Assembly (NCBI GenBank): GCA_030592565.1
Contig: JAUVIX010000001.1
Coordinates: 1 to 33,470 of the forward strand
DNA length: 33,470 nucleotides
Source of the DNA: Chlorobiota bacterium
GTDB lineage: Bacteria; Bacteroidota; Bacteroidia; Bacteroidales; JAADJA01
Reading direction: 5' to 3'
The notes below the pieces were generated by a model. The model worked only from the letters and a program-made list of their open reading frames with translations, searched no databases and was not told the origin of the DNA. Below are positions 1 through 9,203 of this stretch, piece after piece. The position numbers and the translations under genes are program-made. Every line of letters begins with the position of its first letter. Within the stretch, counting starts at the first letter, position 1.

Positions 1-344
1 GACCGCTTTAAACTACTGCCATAAAGCTCTCCAAGAAAAATACCAATCTCCTTGTGTCCAAGATATTTCATTTGATGGATTAAATGCTGAACCTTTCCAC
101 CCTTACGATAATAAAACAGAGCTGCTGCAGATTCAAGATTGGCTCTTCCCCAGAAAACCTGTGCTACCGGATTATCCTTGATTTTATGAAAACCTGTTTT
201 TGGAAGATGTAAAAGACATGAAGTACAAACCACCTCTTCGTTGTGAAACAGAGTACTGCCACAAGCCATACAGGTGCGTGGGTAAAACAACGACATGAAA
301 TCATCAACCAAATTCATAGAAAGCGAATCAAAGGATTTAATCAT
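1..344 (-). CDS. comF: ComF-family (ComFC-like, PRTase-fold) protein, N-terminal part; the gene runs off the left edge
   Basis: Absent from the ORF track because it is open at the window edge. The reverse complement of 1-344 reads without stops: MIKSFDSLSMNLVDDFMSLFYPRTCMACGSTLFHNEEVVCTSCLLHLPKTGFHKIKDNPVAQVFWGRANLESAAALFYYRKGGKVQHLIHQMKYLGHKEIGIFLGELYGSSLKR. The paired CxxC...CxxC N-terminus followed by YY.K.G....I...K is typical of ComF proteins. Alternative ATGs lie at 317 and 296. A TATTTTTG box at 347-354 abuts the 344 ATG, so 317 may be the true start. Confidence 0.65.
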   Translation of the reverse strand, partial: MIKSFDSLSMNLVDDFMSLFYPRTCMACGSTLFHNEEVVCTSCLLHLPKTGFHKIKDNPVAQVFWGRANLESAAALFYYRKGGKVQHLIHQMKYLGHKEIGIFLGELYGSSLKR

Positions 345-346
345 TC

Positions 347-354
347 CAAAAATA
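347..354 (-). promoter_or_regulatory. Candidate Bacteroidota -7 promoter box (TATTTTTG on the minus strand) for comF
   Basis: The plus strand reads CAAAAATA, whose reverse complement TATTTTTG fits TAnnTTTG exactly. It lies 30 nt upstream of the ATG at 317. Confidence 0.35.
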
Positions 355-403
355 ATACATTTTTAATAATAATTTTGCGATAAATTTTTTGGTTAAAAAA
401 ATG

Positions 404-411
404 TACCTTTG
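404..411 (+). promoter_or_regulatory. Candidate -7 promoter box (TACCTTTG) for rnr
   Basis: Exact TAnnTTTG match 22 nt upstream of the rnr ATG at 434. A second exact match (TAATTTTG) lies at 370-377. Confidence 0.4.
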
Positions 412-433
412 AAAATTATAAATACGAAAGATA

Positions 434-2590
434 ATGGCTCGTAAAAAAAAGAAAAGTAAAAATATTAAAAGGCACTCATTCTATAAAGTAGTTCTGGATG
501 CCTTCAAAAAAGATCCGTTTAAAAGTTTTAACTTCAGGCAAATCTCTTTTGCACTTGGCATAACTGACAAGGCAAGCAAACAGCTTGTTAAGGAAATACT
601 GATTGATCTGACGGCAAGTGAAGAGATAGAGGAACTGAAAAGAGGCAAATATAAATTGAATCCTTCCCGAATTTCATCAGCCGTAAAGCATAGTGTTATC
701 ACAGGCATTGTTGATATGAAACAAACAGGCAAAGCTTACGTGATTACAGCAGATCTTGATGAGGACGTATTCATTTCAGCGAATAATACTTATCACGCGC
801 TAAATGGCGATAAGGCTAAGGTCAGGCTTTTCCCGAAACGTAAGGGGAGAAAAACCGAAGGACGGATTATTGAAATTATCGAAAGGGCTAAAAAGCAATT
901 TGTGGGAATTATCAAAGTAAGTAAGCAATATGCGTTCCTTATCCCGGACGATGTATCCGTACCTGTCGATATTTATATACCAATATCGAATCTCAAAGGA
1001 GCAAAAAACGGAGAAAAAGTAGTTGCAAAAATAACCGACTGGCCAGAACACTCAAAAAATCCGTTTGGTGAAATTATTGAAGTTCTTGGCAAACCGGGGG
1101 ATAATAATGTCGAGATGCACTCCATCCTGATGAATTTCGGATTTCCATTGGGGTTTCCTGAAAATATCGAAAAAGAGGCTGAAAAGATAGGAACTGCAAT
1201 AACCGGCAATGAGATTTCAAAAAGAAGAGATTTTAGAAATGTTTTCACCTGCACGATAGATCCTGAAGATGCAAAAGATTTTGATGATGCCCTTTCGGTG
1301 AAAAAGATGGATAATGGTCTTTGGGAAATCGGAATACATATTGCAGATGTATCGCATTATGTTGTAGAGGAAACAGGAATCGACAAAGAGGCGTATGAAA
1401 GAGGTACTTCCATTTACCTTGTTGACAGGGTAATACCAATGTTGCCGGAAAAACTTTCAAATAATGTTTGCTCACTGAACCCTCAAGTTGACAAGTTGTG
1501 TTTTTCAGCAGTTTTTCAAATGGATGAAAATGCTAAAGTGGTTCATGAATGGTTTGGAAAAACGATCATAAATTCTAACCGCCGCTATAATTATGATGAG
1601 GTGCAGAAAATAATTGAAGGCAATGAAGATAAATATCAGAAGCAGATTTTAATTCTTCATAGCCTTGCATCAAAATTAAGAAAAGTAAGGTTTGAAAAAG
1701 GAGCCATTGCCTTTAATTCACAGGAGGTTAAGTTTATACTCGACAAAGACGGAAAACCAACAGGTGCGTACATAAAAGAACAAACAGACTCAAACAGGCT
1801 GGTTGAAGATTTTATGCTACTTGCCAACAGAAAGGTAGCCGAGCGGATAGGTACTAAACACGGGCGTCAGGAGCCAAGAGCTTTTGTTTACAGAGTTCAC
1901 GATGTTCCTAATCCTGAAAAGTTTCAAACCTTTGCAGAGTTTGTCGAGAAACTTGGATATAAAATTCAAACCGGCTCACGAAAATCCATCTCATCCTCTC
2001 TGAATAATCTTTTTGAGCAGATCAAAGGAAAGGGAGAAGAAAATATGATTGAATCCATTGCTGTCAGAACAATGGCAAAGGCAGAATATTCAACCAAAAA
2101 CATCGGTCATTACGGCCTTGCCTTCAAATACTACACCCATTTCACTTCCCCTATTCGCCGTTATCCCGACCTTATGGTTCACCGCCTTCTTGAAATGTAT
2201 CTTCACGGTGGTCAATCGGTAAATCAGGCGGAACTTGAAGAAAAATGCCAGCACTCATCCATTATGGAACGAAATGCGCAGCAGGCCGAAAGAACATCAA
2301 TCAAATATAAGCAGGCCGAATACCTTCTTGATAAGGTAGGTCAGGAATTCCAGGGATTAATATCAGGAGTAAGTAAGTGGGGCATTTTTGTAGAACTTGA
2401 TGTTTGCAAATGTGAAGGAATGGTTTCTTTGAAGTATATGGACGATGATTTCTATTACTTAGATGAAGATAATTATAGGGTTATCGGGCATAAATTCAAC
2501 AAAGAATACAAATTAGGCGATCCTATTAGAGTGATTGTCAAAAAAATTGATCTGGCGAAAAAGCAGATGGATTTTGTCCTTGTAAGTTAA
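434..2590 (+). CDS. rnr: Ribonuclease R (3'-5' exoribonuclease, RNB family)
   Basis: 718-aa ORF with a winged-helix-like N-terminus, cold-shock/OB region, RNB catalytic domain (CTIDPEDAKDFDDALS, IHIADVSHYV, YLVDRVIPMLPE, FTSPIRRYPDL) and C-terminal S1 domain (GLISGVSKWGIFVEL). Confidence 0.95.
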   Translation: MARKKKKSKNIKRHSFYKVVLDAFKKDPFKSFNFRQISFALGITDKASKQLVKEILIDLTASEEIEELKRGKYKLNPSRISSAVKHSVITGIVDMKQTGKAYVITADLDEDVFISANNTYHALNGDKAKVRLFPKRKGRKTEGRIIEIIERAKKQFVGIIKVSKQYAFLIPDDVSVPVDIYIPISNLKGAKNGEKVVAKITDWPEHSKNPFGEIIEVLGKPGDNNVEMHSILMNFGFPLGFPENIEKEAEKIGTAITGNEISKRRDFRNVFTCTIDPEDAKDFDDALSVKKMDNGLWEIGIHIADVSHYVVEETGIDKEAYERGTSIYLVDRVIPMLPEKLSNNVCSLNPQVDKLCFSAVFQMDENAKVVHEWFGKTIINSNRRYNYDEVQKIIEGNEDKYQKQILILHSLASKLRKVRFEKGAIAFNSQEVKFILDKDGKPTGAYIKEQTDSNRLVEDFMLLANRKVAERIGTKHGRQEPRAFVYRVHDVPNPEKFQTFAEFVEKLGYKIQTGSRKSISSSLNNLFEQIKGKGEENMIESIAVRTMAKAEYSTKNIGHYGLAFKYYTHFTSPIRRYPDLMVHRLLEMYLHGGQSVNQAELEEKCQHSSIMERNAQQAERTSIKYKQAEYLLDKVGQEFQGLISGVSKWGIFVELDVCKCEGMVSLKYMDDDFYYLDEDNYRVIGHKFNKEYKLGDPIRVIVKKIDLAKKQMDFVLVS

Positions 2591-2610
2591 AAAATCCTTA
2601 AAAAAAGTTG

Positions 2611-3933
2611 TTACACTGGGCTTATACTCAAAGAAAGTTTATATTTCAATACAATATGGTAACCTGTGTCAAGACCAACTCTATATAATGTCAGAACCAG
2701 AAGCAAAATAACAATGTAGGTCCAGATTATCTTTGTAGGTCTGTTTTTTTCAATCATTTTAGATCTTGCCTCAGCCTTAAAATTAAACAATACAGGCACA
2801 ACCATAAACATCATTGTTACAAGGATACCTGTTTCATAAGGCATATTGTTTGGTATCTTTACTAAGAAAATAATTGCACTTCCTATAAACCATGGCAGCA
2901 CCACTTGATGAAAAAGAAATCTTGTTCTGTATTTCTTTCTAACCCTAAGAATCGAGTTAGATGTTTCAAGGAATTTCTTAGCAGAAAAATATCCGGTCAT
3001 ACTAAGAATTGACAAGAATACCAAAGAAAGTAAAAACTTCCAAAAGACATTCAGAAAAAGCCAGTTTGCAACATAACCAAATCCCTCATCAAAAGAAACA
3101 CCCGAAACAAAAGCTCCAAGAAACATATTAAATCCCAGAAAACCAACCCATAATACAAACAGCTTCAAAAAGCCTTTGACCTTTGGCCTGTTGGCAATCC
3201 ATTTATAAAACAAAAGGCCTATTAACAAAGAAACAAAAGGACCCGAAAATGTAACTACAATAATATTATAACGCGTCCATAGCGGAGAGTAATCATTAAA
3301 AGCAAGATCGTAATAATATAGAACAGAATCCAACCCCCATCTTGAGGCCACAACAAGTACAGTCAACTGATAGACCATATAAACCAACAAATATGCAATT
3401 ATGTAAAGAGCAGTGGAATTAATGGTATAAAAGAAATATCCCCGATTTATCTTCTTTTCCTTCTCCTCATGTTTATCCTTTGGCTCATCGAAAAACACTT
3501 TCCCCCCACCTTTATAGCTTGGAATAAACTTTCGAATAATGTACAGTCTTTGTTGCCTTCTAAATTCTCTCTTATGCTTTTTCTCTGTCTTTTTCTTAAT
3601 TTTTTTCTTTTTTTGCTTTCTTCTATAGGATTCCCACTCCTTTAGTAAATACGAAAAAGAGAACTTTCTATCAGCCCGCTTTTTGACTTTACGATGTCTC
3701 TTTTTGACAGAAGTAACCTCATTAATTCTTTTTGCTTCATCATTAATAGTCCCATCAGACTTCCGACCCTTAATTGAAGCATTTTCCCGACCCAAAAAGG
3801 GCCGGTATTCTTTTGGCTTTTGTTCACCAAAAGAGATATCTCTAAAAGTCATTTTGGTTTTATGTAGAAGTTGACCAAAAAAACCTTTCTTTTTGTGTTT
3901 ATGCTTATGTGATTTATGTCTATCCTCTGGCAT
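2611..3933 (-). CDS. Hypothetical multi-pass membrane protein with a long polybasic cytoplasmic N-terminal region
   Basis: 440-aa ORF starting at ATG. The first ~165 aa are extremely K/R/H rich (HKSHKHKHKKKG; RRKQKKKKIKKKTEKKHKREFRRQQR). Roughly 8 hydrophobic helices follow. I recognise no family. Confidence 0.75.
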   Translation of the reverse strand: MPEDRHKSHKHKHKKKGFFGQLLHKTKMTFRDISFGEQKPKEYRPFLGRENASIKGRKSDGTINDEAKRINEVTSVKKRHRKVKKRADRKFSFSYLLKEWESYRRKQKKKKIKKKTEKKHKREFRRQQRLYIIRKFIPSYKGGGKVFFDEPKDKHEEKEKKINRGYFFYTINSTALYIIAYLLVYMVYQLTVLVVASRWGLDSVLYYYDLAFNDYSPLWTRYNIIVVTFSGPFVSLLIGLLFYKWIANRPKVKGFLKLFVLWVGFLGFNMFLGAFVSGVSFDEGFGYVANWLFLNVFWKFLLSLVFLSILSMTGYFSAKKFLETSNSILRVRKKYRTRFLFHQVVLPWFIGSAIIFLVKIPNNMPYETGILVTMMFMVVPVLFNFKAEARSKMIEKNRPTKIIWTYIVILLLVLTLYRVGLDTGYHIVLKYKLSLSISPV

Positions 3934-3952
3934 TTCGCTATATAAGAATGTG

Positions 3953-3960
3953 CAAAGTTA
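3953..3960 (-). promoter_or_regulatory. Candidate -7 promoter box (TAACTTTG on the minus strand) for the polybasic membrane protein gene
   Basis: The plus strand reads CAAAGTTA, whose reverse complement TAACTTTG fits TAnnTTTG exactly. It lies 20 nt upstream of the ATG at 3933. Confidence 0.4.
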
Positions 3961-4030
3961 TAAAAGATTTTATAATTTAGCCGGCTTAATTTTTCATCAT
4001 TACAATAAAAACTCAATATAACTCTGACAT

Positions 4031-4639
4031 ATGCGCAAAATAATTGACTCATTCAACCGCTTTGTAAAGAAATACCACCTTGAATCGTTTAAAGATGTAG
4101 CCCTTTTTATGGGTATCCTTCTGTTTTTTCATTTTCTGTACAGATATTTCGCACAGGACTTTTTGGCGGTGGATTTCATAAGAAATTCAGGAAACTCTCT
4201 TGCCAGAAACGTCTTTCTGGAAAGCAAATGGGTTTTAGAGTTATTTAATGTGAATGTGACAAATTTTGACGTTTTAGATATTGACGGTAGTGTAAAAAGT
4301 AATGTTTTTTACTATGCTCCGAATAATGGTTATACATCTGTGGGGTTGGGCTGTTCGGGATTAAAACAACTATATCAATGGACTGTTCTGATGCTTCTTT
4401 ACCCAGGATCCTGGAAAAACAAACTCTGGTATATCCCTATGGGGCTTGTTGTTGTTCACCTTACCAATGTATTCAGAATATTATTAATGGTCTTCGTCAC
4501 AATAAATCTTCCTGAGCACTGGCATTTCATCCACGATTATATTGCAAGGCCGTTTTTCTATGTTGTGTTGTTTGCAATGTGGGTTTACTGGAATGAGCAT
4601 TATTATCATAAGAAGGGAAAGGAAACGGTTAAGAGTTAG
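4031..4639 (+). CDS. Exosortase/archaeosortase-family intramembrane transpeptidase, XrtF-like in size and taxon
   Basis: 202-aa polytopic membrane ORF carrying the exosortase catalytic triad context: Cys in GLGCSGLKQL, Arg in TNVFRIL, His in HFIHDYIARPFF. Its small size and Bacteroidota context resemble XrtF. Confidence 0.7.
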   Translation: MRKIIDSFNRFVKKYHLESFKDVALFMGILLFFHFLYRYFAQDFLAVDFIRNSGNSLARNVFLESKWVLELFNVNVTNFDVLDIDGSVKSNVFYYAPNNGYTSVGLGCSGLKQLYQWTVLMLLYPGSWKNKLWYIPMGLVVVHLTNVFRILLMVFVTINLPEHWHFIHDYIARPFFYVVLFAMWVYWNEHYYHKKGKETVKS

Positions 4640-4682
4640 GAGTTACACGTTTAGTGTTTCTTGTTTGTTTTTATCTGGATTG

Positions 4683-4702
4683 AGACAACGCATGCGTTGT
4701 CT
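4683..4702. terminator. Perfect 20-nt palindrome between convergent genes; possible bidirectional terminator hairpin
   Basis: agacaacgca|tgcgttgtct is a perfect inverted repeat. It lies 44 nt after the exosortase stop and 77 nt after the GT2 stop on the other strand. There is no flanking U-tract. Confidence 0.4.
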
Positions 4703-4778
4703 TTACATCATCATTCAGTATCTTCTCCCTTGTTATGTTTTGTATCGATTCTATATTTATGGTTCTTATATCTTGGCC

Positions 4779-5504
4779 CTATTTTCTACTAAAGACATTA
4801 TACTTCACTACTGACCAGATTGCCCTGACCCCATCCTGCCAGTTTATTTTTTTGCCCTCTTCATAGGTACGTCCGTAATATGAAATGCCCACTTCATAAA
4901 TCCTGACTTTGGGTAATCTTGATATTTTTGCAGTTACTTCCGGCTCAAAACCAAAACGTTTCTCCTTCAAATTCAGATTTTTAATCAAGTCGGACCTGAA
5001 GAGCTTGTAGCAGGTCTCCATGTCCGACAGATTCAGGTTTGTAAACATATTTGAAATAAAAGTTAGAAACTTATTACCTATTGAATGCCAGAAAAAAAGG
5101 ATACGGTGAGGAGTGCCACCCATAAACCGTGAACCGTAAACCACATCGGCAAAACCATCAACAACGGGCTTTAACAAAAGATTATACTCCTGGGGGTCGT
5201 ATTCAAGATCTGCATCCTGAATTATTAGATAATCACCTGTTGCCAGAGCAATACCTTTGTGCAGAGCAGCACCTTTTCCCATATTCTTCTCCTGATTATA
5301 AAGCCTTATTTTCGCTTCCGGATGCTTACCAATATACTCTTCTATTTTCCCTTTAGTATCATCGGTTGAATAGTCATTGACAATAATAAGCTCTTTCTCA
5401 ATATCATTTATAAGATTCACTTTAAGTACCTTATCAAGGATCAGATGAATGGTTGCAGCCTCATTATATGCGGGTATCAGGATTGAAAGTTTATTGAATT
5501 TCAT
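4779..5504 (-). CDS. Family 2 glycosyltransferase (polyprenyl-phosphate sugar transferase-like)
   Basis: [30 protein letters not shown] and [11 protein letters not shown] (DxD) are GT2 hallmarks. The track start at 5525 is a TTG inside a -7 box, so I take the ATG at 5504 ([15 protein letters not shown]). Confidence 0.9.
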   Translation of the reverse strand: MKFNKLSILIPAYNEAATIHLILDKVLKVNLINDIEKELIIVNDYSTDDTKGKIEEYIGKHPEAKIRLYNQEKNMGKGAALHKGIALATGDYLIIQDADLEYDPQEYNLLLKPVVDGFADVVYGSRFMGGTPHRILFFWHSIGNKFLTFISNMFTNLNLSDMETCYKLFRSDLIKNLNLKEKRFGFEPEVTAKISRLPKVRIYEVGISYYGRTYEEGKKINWQDGVRAIWSVVKYNVFSRK

Positions 5505-5522
5505 ATAATTATCTTTTGGTTG

Positions 5523-5530
5523 CAAAGTTA
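5523..5530 (-). promoter_or_regulatory. Candidate -7 promoter box (TAACTTTG on the minus strand) for the GT2 gene
   Basis: The plus strand reads CAAAGTTA, an exact TAnnTTTG match on the minus strand. It lies 19 nt upstream of the ATG at 5504 and overlaps the TTG used by the ORF track. Confidence 0.4.
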
Positions 5531-5546
5531 GTCAAAACATTTTTTT

Positions 5547-8039
5547 CTATTCATGGTAATAAACCCTTTTTACTCTTCTAGAAATACTTGTTAAAACCTC
5601 ATAAGGAATAGTATCAAGATCACGGGCAAGTATGGTAATCGGATGTTCACTGTCAAATACAATGACATCATCTCCCTCATTTACATCTATTCCGGTTATG
5701 TCAATCATACACATATCCATACAAATGCTCCCCACGAAAGGTGCCTCAGCTCCTTTAATATACAGCCTTCCTTTGCCATTACTAAGTTTTCTGTCAAGAC
5801 CATCGGCATAACCAATCGGGACAATAGCTATTATCATCTCCTTTTCTACCCTCCATGTTCGGTTATATCCGATTGTTTCACCAGGATTTATCTTCTTTAT
5901 TTGCGAGATTGTTGATCTCAGGGTACTCACATTCTCCAGATTATCTTCATTGGATATAACTGACGATACACCATAAAGACTAATACCGAGTCTAACCATA
6001 TCAAACTGATATTGTGGAAAGCGGGTTATTCCGGCCGAGTTCAGTATATGCATCATAATATGATGATCGGAATGAGCCTTGATTTTCTCTGCCATTGCCT
6101 TAAACTGCCCGACCTGATAATCTGTAAAGTCATCATCGTCCGCATCTTCGCTTGAGGCGAGATGTGAAAACACCGACTGGAGATATACCGAATGGATTTT
6201 CGACAATTTTGCAATTAGCTCGTCAATTTCATCAGAAAGAAAACCGAGCCTGTGCATTCCTGTATCAAGCTTAATATGAATTTTTATAGGTTTGTTTTCT
6301 GGTATTATATTCCGCCTTATTGCTTCTTCAAGTAAATATAACGACCTGAAACTATAAATCTCAGGTTCAAGGTTATGCTTTATTATATCATCAAAACTTT
6401 GTTCTTCGGGGTTCATCACCATAATTGGAACTTTTATCCCCGACTTCCTAAGTTCGATACCCTCGTCAGCATAAGCCACAACAAGGTAATCAACATGATG
6501 GTACTGAAGAATATTAGCAATCTCGAAGCTCCCACTTCCGTATGAGAAGGCCTTGACAATGGCCATAATCTTTGTTTCCGGTCTAAGATTTTGTTTAAAA
6601 TAATCAAGGTTATTAATTAGCGCATTTAGATTTATTTCAAGGATCGTCTCGTGAGCCTTTTGTTGCAGCGCCTGACTTATCTGCTCAAACTCAAAAATCC
6701 GGGCGCCTTTCAGCAAAATTGTTTCATTCTGAAAATTGGCAAATGAGCACTTTTGAAGAAAATCACCTGTCGTAGGATAAAAAGCTTTCTCACCGGTAAA
6801 TTTACCTGAATGGTTGCTAATGGCTTTTCCAATTCCAATAAGTTTATCAATACCTTTATTGTTTATCAAGCTTGCAACTTCCTCATAAAGGTCATCATCA
6901 TTTTGTCCGCTCTGCAGAATATCTGAAAGAATCACAGTCTTTCTTTTATGTTGATTCTGTTGATTCAGAAAATCCAAAGCTATGTTTAAGGAATTAATAT
7001 CAGAATTATAGCTATCGTTAATGACCGAGCAATGATTAACCCCCTCTTTCATCTCAAGGCGCATTGCAATTGGCTGGAGGCTAGTCATTCTTTGAGCAAT
7101 AATATCATTGTCATATCCAAGAAATAACATTGTAGCCCAACAATGAATTGCATTTTCAAGCGAAGCATCGTCAGTAAATGGTATTGTAATTCCAATTTCA
7201 GCACCTCTAAAAATCGCCTTAATTGTCAAAGTGCTATTTCTGTTTCGTATCGGTTTTTTAACCAAAAGGTCAACATCCTGCCCCTCCTTACGACTCCAGG
7301 TAAATGCTTTAATGTTTCCAAGTATTTCCGATTTGATAATTGTCTCCTGAATAGCAGAATAATCAGGACAATAGATTAAAGTATCAACTTTTGTAAAAAG
7401 CTTTAGTTTCTCTCCTGCTTTCTGATTTATCGTAATAAAATTTTCGCTGTGTGCAGGGCCGATGTTTGTAAAAATCCCAATTGTAGGATTTATTATCCCC
7501 CTTAACCTGTCCATCTCGTCAGGCTCTGAAATTCCGGCTTCAAACACAGCGAAGTCAAAACCCGGACGCATTTGCCAGACAGATAAAGGAACTCCTATTT
7601 GCGAATTATAGCTTTTCGGACTTCTTATGATCTTCGTATCGGGGCTCATCAACTGGAACAACCACTCCTTAACAATTGTCTTTCCATTGGAGCCGGTAAT
7701 GCCAATAACAGGGATATCAAAGTGCAGACGATGCCGTGCGGTAAACTTCTGAAGAGCATCAAGTGTATTTTCAACCAAAATGTAGTTTGCATCCTTATGT
7801 TTAATAATATCTTCAGACACAACAAAATTCCTGACACCCTTTTCGTAAAGTTCATTTATGTACTTATGCCCGTTATTTTTTTTTGAAACCAGAGCAAAGA
7901 AAAGGGAATCCTCAGGAGTAACAAGTCTTCTGGAATCAATTAGAATGTCAGAAATAACTCTTCCTTCAGCTCCTTCATTAATAAGCTCACCTTTTGTGAA
8001 TTTCGCAACATCGCTTATCGAATATCTAACCGAAGACAT
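5547..8039 (-). CDS. murF: Bifunctional UDP-MurNAc-tripeptide--D-Ala-D-Ala ligase (MurF) / alanine racemase (Alr)
   Basis: 830-aa ORF. The N-terminal half is a Mur ligase (P-loop GITGSNGKTIVKEW). The C-terminal half is a PLP-dependent alanine racemase (AIVKAFSYGSG with the PLP lysine; C-terminal GYADG and ICMDM motifs). Confidence 0.9.
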   Translation of the reverse strand: MSSVRYSISDVAKFTKGELINEGAEGRVISDILIDSRRLVTPEDSLFFALVSKKNNGHKYINELYEKGVRNFVVSEDIIKHKDANYILVENTLDALQKFTARHRLHFDIPVIGITGSNGKTIVKEWLFQLMSPDTKIIRSPKSYNSQIGVPLSVWQMRPGFDFAVFEAGISEPDEMDRLRGIINPTIGIFTNIGPAHSENFITINQKAGEKLKLFTKVDTLIYCPDYSAIQETIIKSEILGNIKAFTWSRKEGQDVDLLVKKPIRNRNSTLTIKAIFRGAEIGITIPFTDDASLENAIHCWATMLFLGYDNDIIAQRMTSLQPIAMRLEMKEGVNHCSVINDSYNSDINSLNIALDFLNQQNQHKRKTVILSDILQSGQNDDDLYEEVASLINNKGIDKLIGIGKAISNHSGKFTGEKAFYPTTGDFLQKCSFANFQNETILLKGARIFEFEQISQALQQKAHETILEINLNALINNLDYFKQNLRPETKIMAIVKAFSYGSGSFEIANILQYHHVDYLVVAYADEGIELRKSGIKVPIMVMNPEEQSFDDIIKHNLEPEIYSFRSLYLLEEAIRRNIIPENKPIKIHIKLDTGMHRLGFLSDEIDELIAKLSKIHSVYLQSVFSHLASSEDADDDDFTDYQVGQFKAMAEKIKAHSDHHIMMHILNSAGITRFPQYQFDMVRLGISLYGVSSVISNEDNLENVSTLRSTISQIKKINPGETIGYNRTWRVEKEMIIAIVPIGYADGLDRKLSNGKGRLYIKGAEAPFVGSICMDMCMIDITGIDVNEGDDVIVFDSEHPITILARDLDTIPYEVLTSISRRVKRVYYHE

Positions 8040-8046
8040 AAATTAT

Positions 8047-9159
8047 TTATTTAACCTGATTGTTGTTTCGTTCATCGGTCTTTTTCCCATTTCCATTCCC
8101 GCCTATCGGTAAAGGGTTCTTTGAAATCTCTTCGTAAATTTTTCTATTTTTAAAAATATTTACAGCAAGATACAGAGCCTCCCGGAATGAGTCGGGAGAA
8201 GCTTTTTTCTTTCCCGCAATGTCAAAGGCTGTTCCGTGAGCAGGTGATGTCCTTACATAAGGAAGGCCGGCAGTAAAGTTAACACCAGTACCGAAAGCAA
8301 GTGTTTTAAATGGCAACATACCCTGATCGTGATAGAGTGAGATTACACCATCAAATTTTGTATAATTTGCAGAACCAAAAAAGCCATCGGCAGAATATGG
8401 CCCAAAACACAATATTCCTTCATCATAAGCCCTTTTTATTGCCGGAATTATTATTTCTATCTCTTCATTTCCAATAACTCCGTCGTCACCAGCATGAGGA
8501 TTAAGCCCCAGAACTGCTATTCTGGGTTTAGTAATGGCAAAATCCTTTATCAAAGATTCATTCATAATCCTGACCTTTCTCAAAATAAGGTCTTCAGTTA
8601 TTGCTGCCGAAACATCTTTCAAAGGAATATGGCCGGTTATTATCCCGATTCTCAGATTTTCGCTCACCATCATCATTAAATAATCTGTAGTATTGAATTT
8701 ATTTGCCAAATATTCAGTATGACCCGGAAATAGAAATGATTCGGAGTGAATGCTCTTTTTATTAATAGGAGCTGTTACAAGCACATCAATTGAGTTGTGC
8801 ATTAAATCCGATACTGCTTTCTCAAGAGCAAGGACAGCAAGCTCGCCGGCTTTCTCTGACAATTTTCCAATCTCAATCTTTACTTCCTGATCATAACAGT
8901 TTATAATGTTTACACGATTCGGATTTGCCAAATCGGCTTTACGAACAAGGTTAAATGATATATCAGTATAATTGAGTGTCTTACGATAATATGATGCTAT
9001 TTTTGACGATCCGTAAATAACCGGAGTCAATATTTGCATCATCCTCTTATCAAGAAAAGTCTTAATGATAATCTCATAACTAATCCCGTTAAAATCGCCA
9101 TGAGAAATACCCACTCTGACCTTTTTCTCTTTATCTTTTTCTTTGTTTTTTATCATCAT
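8047..9159 (-). CDS. pdxA: 4-hydroxythreonine-4-phosphate dehydrogenase
   Basis: 370 aa with PdxA motifs: ISHGDFNGISYEI, LVTAPINK, FPGHTEYLA, GLNPHAGDDG, YHDQG and VRTSPAHGTAFDIAGK. Confidence 0.9.
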   Translation of the reverse strand: MMIKNKEKDKEKKVRVGISHGDFNGISYEIIIKTFLDKRMMQILTPVIYGSSKIASYYRKTLNYTDISFNLVRKADLANPNRVNIINCYDQEVKIEIGKLSEKAGELAVLALEKAVSDLMHNSIDVLVTAPINKKSIHSESFLFPGHTEYLANKFNTTDYLMMMVSENLRIGIITGHIPLKDVSAAITEDLILRKVRIMNESLIKDFAITKPRIAVLGLNPHAGDDGVIGNEEIEIIIPAIKRAYDEGILCFGPYSADGFFGSANYTKFDGVISLYHDQGMLPFKTLAFGTGVNFTAGLPYVRTSPAHGTAFDIAGKKKASPDSFREALYLAVNIFKNRKIYEEISKNPLPIGGNGNGKKTDERNNNQVK

Positions 9160-9176
9160 ATAAAAATTTATGGCTG

Positions 9177-9184
9177 CAAAGATA
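9177..9184 (-). promoter_or_regulatory. Candidate -7 promoter box (TATCTTTG on the minus strand) for pdxA and murF/alr
   Basis: The plus strand reads CAAAGATA, an exact TAnnTTTG match on the minus strand. It lies 17 nt upstream of the pdxA ATG at 9159. Confidence 0.4.
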
Positions 9185-9203
9185 AAAAATTGAACAGCAA
9201 GAT

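Noticed and set aside
443-450. A8 run at the start of rnr, and the A7/A6 runs in the polylysine region of the 440-aa gene (3601-3616), considered as slippage or phase-variation sites
   Set aside because: They encode lysine runs in frame within intact ORFs. Nothing in a single sequence indicates length variation or an alternative frame that continues.
4542-4814. 90-aa plus-strand ORF considered as the missing exosortase-F-associated partner
   Set aside because: It overlaps the 3' end of the exosortase gene in another frame and runs into the convergent GT2 gene. It is Cys/Arg-rich with no TM pattern like TIGR04127 proteins.
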